IMG/VR virus record: IMGVR_UViG_3300044991_001301
Strand: one strand, 5' to 3'
From: a virus
Length of the DNA: 64,000 bases
Both the position numbers and the translations under genes were made by a program. The notes under the pieces were generated by a model that was given only the letters and a program-made list of their open reading frames with translations, had not been told where the DNA came from and searched no databases. The first letter of the stretch is position 1; each line of letters begins with the position of its first letter. Shown one piece after another: positions 26,671 through 36,518 of this stretch.

Positions 26671-28920
26671 TTATGTGGCTTGGTTTAGTTTTTTTATAGT
26701 AGTGACATCAATTGTCACAAATTCTTTTGCAGTCATCGCGTCTTTTTCAGGGATAATTACGGATGTAGTATCACTCACTTGAACTTCATATTTGATGTAA
26801 TCACTCCAATCACCTGATTCAATCCAATGTAATTTGAATGAGAAATCTATGGTTTCATTTAATAATTGTTCTTCATTGAGCAAGTCCATGAAGTCGGAAC
26901 CACTACGTCCTTCATCAACGTCCCAACTGGGTTTTGCTAGCTTTCTAGCTCGCTTAGCAGTATTGGCTTGAATTCTGCTGTAGTCTTGCGCATAGAAAGG
27001 ACCCTTGCGGCCTTTTGGCGGGGGTTCTCTATCATCAAAATTGTTATCTATTTGTGAAAAGTTTATGTCAAAGTCTGCATCCCATTCTCCCGCATCAGTT
27101 ATAGTAAACTTGTATACAGCGTTATACATACCCGGGCCAAATTGGCTCCCGAATTCTGTTAAGTCAATCTCTGGGTTAAACTTAACTTCCGCTGTATACC
27201 CGCCGCGTGTTTTCCAGAGCATTCTAAAGAAGGGCCACATCTCATTTACCAGTGTGTCGGCAAACGGGTTGATATTTGGTTTTATGATATTGTAATCAAA
27301 TTTTTCATACGCAATCTCTTTAACACATTTAGGATCATTTAATATAATTTTATAATGATCTTTTGCCAAGCTAGGTCTAATCGGATATCCAATCGGCACA
27401 TCGGTGCATCCTTTTAAGAAGTCAGCAAACATATGGAATGTTTTTACACGTGTCATTACGTGTGTGCCGCCCATTGTAAAGTCATTGGTGATCCAATGAC
27501 CTTGATACTTATGCCAACTAATGTTAAACTTATGTGGATTTTGTCCGACGATAGTTTCAGGGCCCATACCGTACCCTACACCAAGACCAGCATTGTTAAC
27601 ATTATTGTTTCTCATTCGCCACAATAGTGTTACGCTATCAGCGTAGTCTTGCAGATCCTCTGTGGGGAATCCAACAATCCAATTGGTAGCGGCCCAAATG
27701 CCTACTTTCTTGCCATCAATAAAGTTTTGCTCCATCTCGGCAATCGTAACTCCCTTAGCCATGTCGTCTAATACTTTTTGACTACCAGACTCAATTCCAT
27801 AGTTGAACATAATACAACCACCATTAGCCAAGTCTTTAAAGTATTCTAAATCCATACGACCGTCACAACGGGCATACCCTGTCCATTTAATGTTTAGGCC
27901 TTTTGCAGCGACACCTTTAACAAATGCTCTAAGTTCTTTTAAGTTACCGTTAACCAAGCTATCAATAAACCAAACTACATCAGTACCTTTGTTATAGTAC
28001 AGCCATTCCAGTTCAGTAATCAAGTCAACCGCTTGCCGTTGCCGATATTTCCAGAAATGAGTTTCTTCACAGAAGGTACATTTTGCTGTACATCCTCTAC
28101 TTATTTCTGAATTAACCCCATTTGGTAACTCATATTGACTGAAGTCGATTGACTCATAGTCCGGCATTGGTAAACCGTTGATATTGATACGTTGGTCTTC
28201 AGGCTGATTTAGTATCTTAGGCTCAGTATGCACTACCCCCTCTTCTATCTCATCTAATAGATATAATAAGTTTGCTTCGCCCTCACCTATCACCACGTAG
28301 TCATAATATGGTTCAACTTTAAACCAGCTTTTATGCACATTAGGACCGCCAACAGCAATCTTTACATTGGGCAGCCTACGCTTTAATTCTCGACACATCC
28401 ACTTACTAGGTTCTTCACTGATATAGTATATACTAAAGCCAACAACCTCAGGATTGAGTGCTACAATTTCATCTACTGCTTTGCTAAGTAAAGGTTCTAG
28501 TACGGGATGGATGTCATTCAAATAGGTGTCACCCAGCCAATGCCAACTGCTACTGGGATCCCATAGCTGGAACGGTAACTTATTATTAGGTTTCCAGTCT
28601 GTCCGATATTCATTGTACGCACGCACATTCAAATCCATGATGTGCGTTTCGTAGCCAGAACTTTTGGCAATGCCGCTTAGCCTAGCTAAACTAAACGGAG
28701 GCATAAATGGGCTCCATTCAGGACACAATACCAATACTAATTTTGTAGACCTAGTTTTGTAATCTACATAGATTGGAGTTAAATTTTTCTGTATTGTTTT
28801 TTTTGCATATGGGGCAATAGCCTCCATCATACTACGGTGTCTCGCGTCAGCAATGTCTTCCGTAGGGCGTTCCTTAGCTTCCGGTTTATCAACTGCTAAA
28901 TGTCTTAGTGTGAAGTCCAA
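26671..28920 (-). CDS. Cobalamin-binding (class B) radical SAM enzyme
   Basis: B12-binding-type N-domain (PPFSLARL, VGFS, VGGPNV, IGEGE), SRGCTAKCTFC, GIESGSQKVL and IVGFPTE. TTG start after AGGAG. Confidence 0.9.
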   Translation of the reverse strand: MDFTLRHLAVDKPEAKERPTEDIADARHRSMMEAIAPYAKKTIQKNLTPIYVDYKTRSTKLVLVLCPEWSPFMPPFSLARLSGIAKSSGYETHIMDLNVRAYNEYRTDWKPNNKLPFQLWDPSSSWHWLGDTYLNDIHPVLEPLLSKAVDEIVALNPEVVGFSIYYISEEPSKWMCRELKRRLPNVKIAVGGPNVHKSWFKVEPYYDYVVIGEGEANLLYLLDEIEEGVVHTEPKILNQPEDQRININGLPMPDYESIDFSQYELPNGVNSEISRGCTAKCTFCEETHFWKYRQRQAVDLITELEWLYYNKGTDVVWFIDSLVNGNLKELRAFVKGVAAKGLNIKWTGYARCDGRMDLEYFKDLANGGCIMFNYGIESGSQKVLDDMAKGVTIAEMEQNFIDGKKVGIWAATNWIVGFPTEDLQDYADSVTLLWRMRNNNVNNAGLGVGYGMGPETIVGQNPHKFNISWHKYQGHWITNDFTMGGTHVMTRVKTFHMFADFLKGCTDVPIGYPIRPSLAKDHYKIILNDPKCVKEIAYEKFDYNIIKPNINPFADTLVNEMWPFFRMLWKTRGGYTAEVKFNPEIDLTEFGSQFGPGMYNAVYKFTITDAGEWDADFDINFSQIDNNFDDREPPPKGRKGPFYAQDYSRIQANTAKRARKLAKPSWDVDEGRSGSDFMDLLNEEQLLNETIDFSFKLHWIESGDWSDYIKYEVQVSDTTSVIIPEKDAMTAKEFVTIDVTTIKKLNQAT

Positions 28921-28945
28921 AAAATAATCTCCTGTAGACTATTTA

Positions 28946-31348
28946 TTAAGTTGTAATATATCTATCAAATAACTGTAGGACATTTTTAGTTGAATGGTAA
29001 TTTTTATTAGAGTAAAAATGATCTCTGTTGTATTCAACAATGCTCTTAATTTCACCTTGCCACTTGATCCATTCTTCGGGTGTTTTTTGCAATAGTCTAG
29101 ATATTTCTTTCCAAACTGCCTCAAACCGATTATCATCGTTAACTACCGTATCGTAAGTTTCATCAATCATGGGTGAAAATGTTTTGTACCCTATATTTCT
29201 TAGCTCAGCTAATGTTCCCGGATAAGCCAATAACACAAAGGGATGCATCATTGGAAAACATTTAAAAGTTTTTTCAGTTATAAAAATATTAGCCGGTGTT
29301 GAATAATTATGCATTTTTGTCCCCATGTGCAAACTATATTCGTCCCCATAGAATACTGATTCAGTTACTATACTGAAATAACTGTTATCAAAATAGACAA
29401 GGTCTTCACTCTCGGGCATCGCCGGGTTTGGACGTGCAGCGGTAATATTTAAGCGCAGTGGTAGCTTGTCTTCATTTAATTTAATATTTTTAAATTTTTC
29501 GGGGAAGTGAACATGAAGTTGACTTATCCAACCGGGAAGGCCCTCGAATGAGTAGTAACTTCTATCTACTAAGTTATTTTCTAACATTCGGTCAAGTAAC
29601 ATTACTCTATGCTCACGGGGGACTCTATTAAAACATAAAAAAACTTTAGATTTTTCTTTAATTACGTAGTTAATTTGGTCCCTGAGCAGTGAGGGCGCTG
29701 CGTTCTCCTGAGTGGTATTTTGAAAATAATGACCTGATAACATTGAAATTTTATTTCTCCACTTGGTATCGAGAGCCTCTCGGTTGTTAAATATATCTTC
29801 ATACGTTTTTTCTATTTCAATAGAAGAACACATGTAGAATATATCAGATGAGTCAATCTGATTTTCAACTAAATTTACAATACGATTAATTTTATTTACA
29901 ACACAATGTGAATATGCCTCAGCCGCATTCCAAAACAAAAATTTACATTTTCCAAGCTGCTTGGCCTCTAGCATTTGTTCAACAATTAATTCAGTGGGGC
30001 GACTTATGAACTGAGTTGGCCCTAGTTCAGCATCAATTATATAGATAATATCCATATAATTTTCAAGTTCTGGCCATTGATTAACCAACAATTTAAATTG
30101 TTGTCGTTGCCAACGGTAATCTTGTTCTTTTAAGCAGGTGTTGTTCTTTCTAGTATCACCGTACGGTATGTATTCTGTAAATTTACGTCGAGACTGTTCA
30201 TTATTCAGTTTTCGCCATGGGTCTAGTACGACCGAGGCGTAAAGATGTTCATACCCATTCAACACATGTTCTACCCATTCTTCCCAATATCCTATCAGAT
30301 AAACCTCAGTCCATTCTTTTCGTAAATCTAAATCACCTGTGTTTTTATCATAGTAGTTTACAGTGCCGCCGTGTTGTTCAATGTAGTGACCCACTAACAT
30401 ACTAGCACTGCCATTGGTGTAGGAGACCCCTGGCTTATATGCTTTTCCAATGATAGTTACATTTTTTCCATTCTTTAAGCAACGCAACGCCATTCTTTCC
30501 GCTTGAACTTCTCGGGCGGTCATTATACTGTCAAATAAATCATACCCCAACTCTAATCTATCAGCTAGATAACGCAGTGCGATGTTATCTCTAGGGTGGC
30601 AGGCGCCAGCGTCCCCTAAACCTGCTGTCATATATGCTGGTCCCATTATCCGCTGTGTGCTATTTGATAGGGCACGGGTTACAATGTCTACGTTTATGTT
30701 GCCATTTGTTTCAGCAACATCTTGTATCATGTTAACCAATGCTAACTTAGTAGATATAAACGTATTGTAAAAAATCTTTATTGACTCTGCCTCATCCCAG
30801 GTGCCTACTTCATATCTAGGATCATTATGCATGAATACTTTGTAGAAGTCAATTAACTCTGCGGCGTCGCCGGTTATGTTGCCGTCTTCTGTTCCGATTA
30901 TAATCATTTCCGGATTAACCATATCCCATTTGATTGTACCCATTGCAATCAGATAAGGATTGTATATAAATCTCGCGTTAGTAATGCACGGTTCTAATTG
31001 ATTGCGCACTGTGCCCGGCAGCACAGTGCTTATGAGTACTACTAATTGATTTTTATTTACAAATTTGTTAACTTCGGTAAGAATAGCAGTTACGATAGAA
31101 TAATCAAAGTCTTTATTTGGTAAATGACTTGTAGGTTTTTCCCCACCGTACATGGGATCGTGCGGGGTAGGGGCTGCTATGAAAATAAAATCTCTGTCTT
31201 TAACTGCGTTTTCGATTGAAGCAAGCATCGGGAAAGCAGGCGTTCTCGGTGATACGTCGTATCCTACTACATCATAACCTGCTACTGCCATTACTTCCGC
31301 GCAATCTTGTCCTAATTTTCCCACGCCTATCATTGCTACTTTTTTCAT
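28946..31348 (-). CDS. UDP-glucose/GDP-mannose 6-dehydrogenase fused to a GT10-like domain
   Basis: N-half: IGVGKLG, PTP, STVLPGT, YNP, ESIKIFYN, GACHPRD (catalytic Cys) and AYKP. C-half: FLCFNR..REHR, YFSIVTES, FITEKTFK, HPF and GYKTF...IDETYD. Confidence 0.85.
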   Translation of the reverse strand: MKKVAMIGVGKLGQDCAEVMAVAGYDVVGYDVSPRTPAFPMLASIENAVKDRDFIFIAAPTPHDPMYGGEKPTSHLPNKDFDYSIVTAILTEVNKFVNKNQLVVLISTVLPGTVRNQLEPCITNARFIYNPYLIAMGTIKWDMVNPEMIIIGTEDGNITGDAAELIDFYKVFMHNDPRYEVGTWDEAESIKIFYNTFISTKLALVNMIQDVAETNGNINVDIVTRALSNSTQRIMGPAYMTAGLGDAGACHPRDNIALRYLADRLELGYDLFDSIMTAREVQAERMALRCLKNGKNVTIIGKAYKPGVSYTNGSASMLVGHYIEQHGGTVNYYDKNTGDLDLRKEWTEVYLIGYWEEWVEHVLNGYEHLYASVVLDPWRKLNNEQSRRKFTEYIPYGDTRKNNTCLKEQDYRWQRQQFKLLVNQWPELENYMDIIYIIDAELGPTQFISRPTELIVEQMLEAKQLGKCKFLFWNAAEAYSHCVVNKINRIVNLVENQIDSSDIFYMCSSIEIEKTYEDIFNNREALDTKWRNKISMLSGHYFQNTTQENAAPSLLRDQINYVIKEKSKVFLCFNRVPREHRVMLLDRMLENNLVDRSYYSFEGLPGWISQLHVHFPEKFKNIKLNEDKLPLRLNITAARPNPAMPESEDLVYFDNSYFSIVTESVFYGDEYSLHMGTKMHNYSTPANIFITEKTFKCFPMMHPFVLLAYPGTLAELRNIGYKTFSPMIDETYDTVVNDDNRFEAVWKEISRLLQKTPEEWIKWQGEIKSIVEYNRDHFYSNKNYHSTKNVLQLFDRYITT

Positions 31349-32055
31349 GTGCTAACCCCTATAGAAGTGTTATGTATGTGCTCAAACAACCAGTCTGCAA
31401 AAACCGAATGCCCAAGTTGATTCATATGAGCAAAATCATTAGGTGCTAGATTATATTGATCTATTTCTTCACCCGCAAGAACCGGTTCCCGAAAAACATA
31501 AGGAGAGAATTCAGGCAGCATGTCGTCCGAATCTATAGGACCGCCTTGCCGAAATGAGTTTGTAAATATGGTTGGTATGTTATTCCTAGCTAACATTTGT
31601 TGGAACATATAATTTTGTGTTCTAAATTGTTCCATAGCAAAATTTATACTTATAAAATATCTTTCATATCGTTCGAAAAACTCAGATTCCTCTTTATTAA
31701 ATTGCCAAATTTGTGCGCCAAGTTTATACCTTATAATGTTACCGTCTTTTGTTTTATCAATGCACTGTAAATGGTCAATCGTATGCGGGCCATATGCTGC
31801 CGGTGGTTGTTCTAAAATAGACCAAAACTCGTTACGGGTAAATTCAGTATATTGAACTATTAATAAATCATTGGACGTGAGATTTCCGTCTAAAATATGA
31901 TTTGTTATAGTCCTCCATATTCTCCAATTACTTCCGCATCCGGCGCCTTCGTGAATATATTGGTAATCTAATCTGCTTGCCAACAATTTTCCATACGTAT
32001 GTTCAACTTTAGTATAATCACTTAAACTACACCCTGCAACAAACAATTTTTTCAT
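31345..32055 (-). CDS. SGNH-like hydrolase/acyltransferase
   Basis: FVAGCSLS, GAGCGSN, IVQYT and DFAHMNQLGH (DxxH). Confidence 0.65.
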   Translation of the reverse strand: MKKLFVAGCSLSDYTKVEHTYGKLLASRLDYQYIHEGAGCGSNWRIWRTITNHILDGNLTSNDLLIVQYTEFTRNEFWSILEQPPAAYGPHTIDHLQCIDKTKDGNIIRYKLGAQIWQFNKEESEFFERYERYFISINFAMEQFRTQNYMFQQMLARNNIPTIFTNSFRQGGPIDSDDMLPEFSPYVFREPVLAGEEIDQYNLAPNDFAHMNQLGHSVFADWLFEHIHNTSIGVST

Positions 32056-32082
32056 ATATTATCCATTTTATTTACTTTATAA

Positions 32083-32892
32083 TTAAAAGATACTTTTTTG
32101 TTTTTCTCTTCTCTCACTATTCATATTACCAAATGTACTATGTAGATCATCTTGTGTTTTTACTTTAGATAGTAACTTCATTGATTGTTCTGCATATGTC
32201 CTTGATTTATCTGTTAATGGTAATCCTATTTTATTAAGATAATTATAATAATTCAACGGGTGCGGATGATAGTCGTGAAATAACTCAGTCTCGCCCGATC
32301 TAATGTACATATGTCCATATTGAAATTCTCCTCCTAGTTCTAAATCTAATAATGCCGGTGGTGTGATAGTGATAGTATCTGTGTATACATTTAATATCTC
32401 ATTTACTGTGGGCTGTAGATTATCATTCATATCCATCTGATAATGGTACGGGACACTGGCTAGGGTGAACGAGTCACTAACTAAGTTATCAAGATAGTTA
32501 CTAGTAAGGGTGATTATTGCCAAGTCTCTCAATAGATAACCTTTGGGATCGCAGTGTTCCTTCACAAATTTTTCGTTATACACCTGTTGAGTATAGATAT
32601 TGCCAACGCTCATCCATGACCCGTGTTTCCATCTATCCTCTCTGCAAAAGGTAGTCCACATGGGAATTATTAAATCAGTATCATTGAATTTATATCTGCA
32701 ATTGACCTCGACTATTCGGTTGGATATCATTGAATTTCCACTACCGCTATGTCCGAAATTATAAAATTCAGCAGTAGGCATTTCTTTATGCAAAATATTG
32801 GCCCAAGTAGGCCAGGCATATGCAGTGAAACTACATCCAAATGCGAAAAATCTTTTATATTTACTAAAATCTATCTCTTTAAAATTTAACAT
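32083..32892 (-). CDS. SGNH-like hydrolase/acyltransferase
   Basis: FAFGCSFT, WPTWA, NFGHSGSGN, MWT..CRED and DYHPHP. Confidence 0.65.
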   Translation of the reverse strand: MLNFKEIDFSKYKRFFAFGCSFTAYAWPTWANILHKEMPTAEFYNFGHSGSGNSMISNRIVEVNCRYKFNDTDLIIPMWTTFCREDRWKHGSWMSVGNIYTQQVYNEKFVKEHCDPKGYLLRDLAIITLTSNYLDNLVSDSFTLASVPYHYQMDMNDNLQPTVNEILNVYTDTITITPPALLDLELGGEFQYGHMYIRSGETELFHDYHPHPLNYYNYLNKIGLPLTDKSRTYAEQSMKLLSKVKTQDDLHSTFGNMNSERREKQKSIF

Positions 32893-32894
32893 TT

Positions 32895-34016
32895 TTAATT
32901 TAACCTCGTAATAAAATTGGTTTTTTGTACAAGTGTCTGTAAATTATGTCGGCATATTTCTACGGTCCCCTTCAAAAAGTCACGCAATTCTTCAGGGCTC
33001 AAATAGGATAAACGTTTTATTTCTTTTACAATTGTTAACAACCGTTCAGAGTCATCCTCTATGCTATCATATGATTCGTCAATATATGGTTCGAAGGTTT
33101 TGTACCCCAACTCAGTTAGCAGTTTCATTGAATGTGGTCTGGATACCATCATAAAGGGGTGCAGCATCAGTATAGATTTAAATACTTTCTCGCTTAGAAA
33201 TCGGCCTGGTGTGCGAGCATAATAATTGGTTTCAGACACCACGCTGAAATAACTATCATTGTACAAATATCTAGTTTTAGTTGAGTATTCAGCCTGATTA
33301 GTTTCTAAATCAGTAGTGTCTAAATACATGGGTGGCAGTGAGCGTATTTTGTTACCGTATACTTGTAATATGTTGTTGATTTCCACATTGTGATACACTG
33401 TTAAATCATACCATATACTATCCCACGTGTTTCCTTCAACCGGCACCAAGCTCACGTGGCCCTTATCTAATAATTTATTAGCACATAGTAACGCTACTAG
33501 TGCAGGCCGATGTAACCGCCATCTTCTATTAAAATTTAAAAAAGACTTGGTAAATGAGGTGTTTTTCAAGTTAGTAGAGTTAATATTCGCCACGTACCAT
33601 GGCGAATGTCGCATTCCACCCCACTCGAAAATTCTAGTATACACTGTCTTAATTTCATCCATTTGAAGCCTGGTAGCGACCGTTTTAACTTCGGCTAATA
33701 TGTCCGCTGATTCACTTAGGAACAAAATTTTAGCAGCAGGAATTGCCAATTCAATTACCGCCCGTTGATATATTTCAGTAACAATGTCATGGAAGGATTC
33801 ATGGCTATTACACAATATCAAATGCACATTGCCATTCACTATCCTATCTAACATGTTTTCAGGAGTTAAACATTCTACTAATTTACCGAGGGACTGCAGG
33901 AATTCTACGTATACGTAGTCGTGGTCATCAAACGGTGCCAATTCGTGATATGCCGTTACCCCTCGGATATCAACAATATCATTGTTTATATAGTATACAT
34001 TTTTATTTAAAATCAT
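32895..34016 (-). CDS. GT10 (fucosyltransferase)-like GT-B protein
   Basis: FLNFNRRWRLHR, YFSVVSET, FLSEKVFK, HPF and GYKTFEPYIDESYD. Start reassigned to the ATG at 34016 (MILNK), 7 nt after ATAAATA. Confidence 0.6.
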   Translation of the reverse strand: MILNKNVYYINNDIVDIRGVTAYHELAPFDDHDYVYVEFLQSLGKLVECLTPENMLDRIVNGNVHLILCNSHESFHDIVTEIYQRAVIELAIPAAKILFLSESADILAEVKTVATRLQMDEIKTVYTRIFEWGGMRHSPWYVANINSTNLKNTSFTKSFLNFNRRWRLHRPALVALLCANKLLDKGHVSLVPVEGNTWDSIWYDLTVYHNVEINNILQVYGNKIRSLPPMYLDTTDLETNQAEYSTKTRYLYNDSYFSVVSETNYYARTPGRFLSEKVFKSILMLHPFMMVSRPHSMKLLTELGYKTFEPYIDESYDSIEDDSERLLTIVKEIKRLSYLSPEELRDFLKGTVEICRHNLQTLVQKTNFITRLN

Positions 34017-34065
34017 TGTTGAATATTTATGAGGTAGACAATGTTCTAATAAATATTCAACAATG
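34014..34065. promoter_or_regulatory. Perfect 17-bp inverted repeat forming back-to-back late promoter + ATG units
   Basis: CATTGTTGAATATTTAT (34014-34030) is the exact reverse complement of ATAAATATTCAACAATG (34049-34065). Confidence 0.85.
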
Positions 34066-34968
34066 GCGAAAACAGTGTTAATTATAGGAGGGAACGGGTA
34101 CATAGGATCTAGGTTAATACATGATCTGTGTTCAGTATTCCAGATTGAGAGTGTAGATATTTGCTGGTTTGGGAAAAACTTGGACACCAGTGTGGTGCAA
34201 GATTATAATACTCTCACAAAAAAATATATCAGCAAATTTGATGCTATAATTTTATTAGCTGGCCATAGTTCTGTTAAAATGTGCGAGGGGCCACTCACCT
34301 CCAGCTTTAATAACAACATTAACAACTTTATTGACTTAGTTGCTAAAATAGATAAAAAACAAACATTAATCTATGCTAGCAGCGGTAGTGTATACGGAAA
34401 CTCAACTACAAAGTCAAATGAAGATGATACGTTAATTTTTAAACCGATAAACAACTATGATTTGACCAAATATACACTTGATACCCATGCTATCCGTTAT
34501 ATAGGCCTAGGCTATAATATTATCGGGTTTAGATTTGGCACCGTTAACGGATGGAGCCCTAACGTTAGGGAAGAGTTGATGATCAATTCAATGACTAAAA
34601 AATCTATAGAGGATAACGTGATACTGATTAACAATGTAGACATAGTTAGGCCAATATTGGGCATTGCGGATATTAGTAGGGCAGTTCACGCCGTCATTCA
34701 GAATCCCGCCGCGGGCATATTTAATCTAGCCAGTTTTGCTGATACAGTTAAAAATATTAGTTGTGCAGTGAGCAAGGTAACTGCAGCACCTATAAGACTA
34801 CAGCCCGATCAGATCGGTTCTTATAATTTTATAATGGATACACATAAATTTCAACAGGCGTACAACTTTAAGTTTAATGAATCAATAGATTCAATTGTAA
34901 ATGATGTAATATCAAACATAGACCAAACCACCTTTAGTAATAGAAATCAATTTATCAAATATGAATAA
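34063..34968 (+). CDS. NAD-dependent nucleotide-sugar epimerase/dehydratase/reductase
   Basis: IIGGNGYIG, YASSGSVYG, YDLTK (YxxxK) and RFGTVNG. Confidence 0.88.
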   Translation: MAKTVLIIGGNGYIGSRLIHDLCSVFQIESVDICWFGKNLDTSVVQDYNTLTKKYISKFDAIILLAGHSSVKMCEGPLTSSFNNNINNFIDLVAKIDKKQTLIYASSGSVYGNSTTKSNEDDTLIFKPINNYDLTKYTLDTHAIRYIGLGYNIIGFRFGTVNGWSPNVREELMINSMTKKSIEDNVILINNVDIVRPILGIADISRAVHAVIQNPAAGIFNLASFADTVKNISCAVSKVTAAPIRLQPDQIGSYNFIMDTHKFQQAYNFKFNESIDSIVNDVISNIDQTTFSNRNQFIKYE

Positions 34969-36175
34969 TACCATAATCAATCACGTGTGTCTAGCCTGCG
35001 GCAGTAATAAGATAAGCTTAGCCCTTGACTTGGGTCAGCAACCACTTGCCAATAGTTATTTGGCTAACAAAGATAGCCTTGAGGTTACCTATCCATTGGG
35101 TGTTAACTTATGCAGCTACTGTTATCATTTACAATTACTAGTAACGGTTGACCCAAAACTTATTTACCAAAACTATTTGTATGTTAGTGGTACTAGTAAA
35201 ACATTAAAAGATTATTCAGACTGGTTTGCCGGGTACGTGCAAGAAAGTACGAACAAGTTAACTAACTGTGTGCTAGATATCGGGTGTAATGATGGTACCC
35301 AATTAGATAGTTTTAAGGCGCTAGGCTATCATACCTACGGGGTTGATCCAGCTGAAAACATATACCCGACTAGTTCCGCTAACCATATAGTATTATGCGA
35401 TTTTTTTGGGTCTAATAGTGTAGCATCATTGATGAGCACCAGCTATGATGCTATTACTGCGCAGAATGTTATGGCACATAATCCCGACCCCTATTCTTTT
35501 TTAAAAACGTGCAGGCAGCTGATGAGCGATCACACCTTATTGTTCATTCAGACCAGTCAAGCTGATATGGTATTGAATAACGAGTTTGATACCATATACC
35601 ATGAACACGTTAACTTCTTTAATATTAATAGTATGAAGCGTTTGGCGGAAAGAACAGGTCTAAATCTCATTGATGCTATTAAAACCCCCATTCACGGGAA
35701 TAGCTATGTGTTTGTATTAAGTAAAACTATAGAAAGTCCATTCAACATACAAAATAAAATTAAAATGGAGCAATTGTTGTACAATGCAAATACATACACT
35801 CAGTGGAAAAATAATATCAAGAGCAATATGACAGAGTTGAAACACACTATTCTTAAGTATCAACAACAAGGGTACAAGATTGTGGGGTATGGTGCTGCGG
35901 CGAAGGGCAATACGCTATTAAATTTCATTGATGTTAAATTAGATTTAATCATAGACGACAATAGTTTAAAACAAAATCTATTCACCCCGGGTACACGTGT
36001 TCTTATTACAGGACCACATGAGATTTTAAAGTTTAGCACTGATGATAAGATCGTATTCATGCCATTAGCTTGGAATTTCTTCTCAGAAATAAGCACTAGG
36101 ATAAAGAGTATCCGCGATATGAAACAAGATGTTTTCTTAAAATATTTTCCAAAGGTAGAAATAATAAATGTATAA
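34961..36175 (+). CDS. NDP-hexose C-methyltransferase (TylCIII/EryBIII/NovU-like)
   Basis: Zn site CLAC...CSYC, LDLGQQPLAN, LDIGCNDG, FDTIYHEH, IHG, GYGAAAKG and LAWNF. Confidence 0.9.
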   Translation: MNNTIINHVCLACGSNKISLALDLGQQPLANSYLANKDSLEVTYPLGVNLCSYCYHLQLLVTVDPKLIYQNYLYVSGTSKTLKDYSDWFAGYVQESTNKLTNCVLDIGCNDGTQLDSFKALGYHTYGVDPAENIYPTSSANHIVLCDFFGSNSVASLMSTSYDAITAQNVMAHNPDPYSFLKTCRQLMSDHTLLFIQTSQADMVLNNEFDTIYHEHVNFFNINSMKRLAERTGLNLIDAIKTPIHGNSYVFVLSKTIESPFNIQNKIKMEQLLYNANTYTQWKNNIKSNMTELKHTILKYQQQGYKIVGYGAAAKGNTLLNFIDVKLDLIIDDNSLKQNLFTPGTRVLITGPHEILKFSTDDKIVFMPLAWNFFSEISTRIKSIRDMKQDVFLKYFPKVEIINV

Positions 36176-36518
36176 GTTTCCCGTTATTGAGTTAGTAGAC
36201 CGCTATTGTATTGCCAAGTTAAAATTTGCAAAACTTGGCACCAATAAAGAAGAACTAGATTTCTACACTGAGCAACTACACGATATTGATTTTGAACTAA
36301 TTAAAGAAGAATTAGATCAACTCTATGAAGTCCATCGCCGAGTATGGGACTTAGAGGATGACTTTAAAAAGTACCGCGTTGAAAAAATGTATGACTTGGC
36401 TGAAGTTGGTAGGCGCGCCCTAGCGTGCCGTGATATTTTAGAAGAGCGTTATACATTGAAGAATAGTATGGCAGAGAAGTTGAACGACCCCGTGAGAGAA
36501 ATTAAGCGGTACGGTTAG
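36168..36518 (+). CDS. Small helical protein, DUF6165-like
   Basis: ELVDRYCIAKLK...LYEVHRRVWDLED...R..LK pattern recalled for DUF6165 proteins of sugar clusters. Confidence 0.5.
   Translation: MYKFPVIELVDRYCIAKLKFAKLGTNKEELDFYTEQLHDIDFELIKEELDQLYEVHRRVWDLEDDFKKYRVEKMYDLAEVGRRALACRDILEERYTLKNSMAEKLNDPVREIKRYG

Noticed and set aside
34017-34187. N-terminal extensions given by the ORF track (also 6150-6263, 13681-13719, 37651-37704 and 39028-39063)
   Set aside because: They overlap other genes or promoters, and downstream ATGs have better promoter or SD context.
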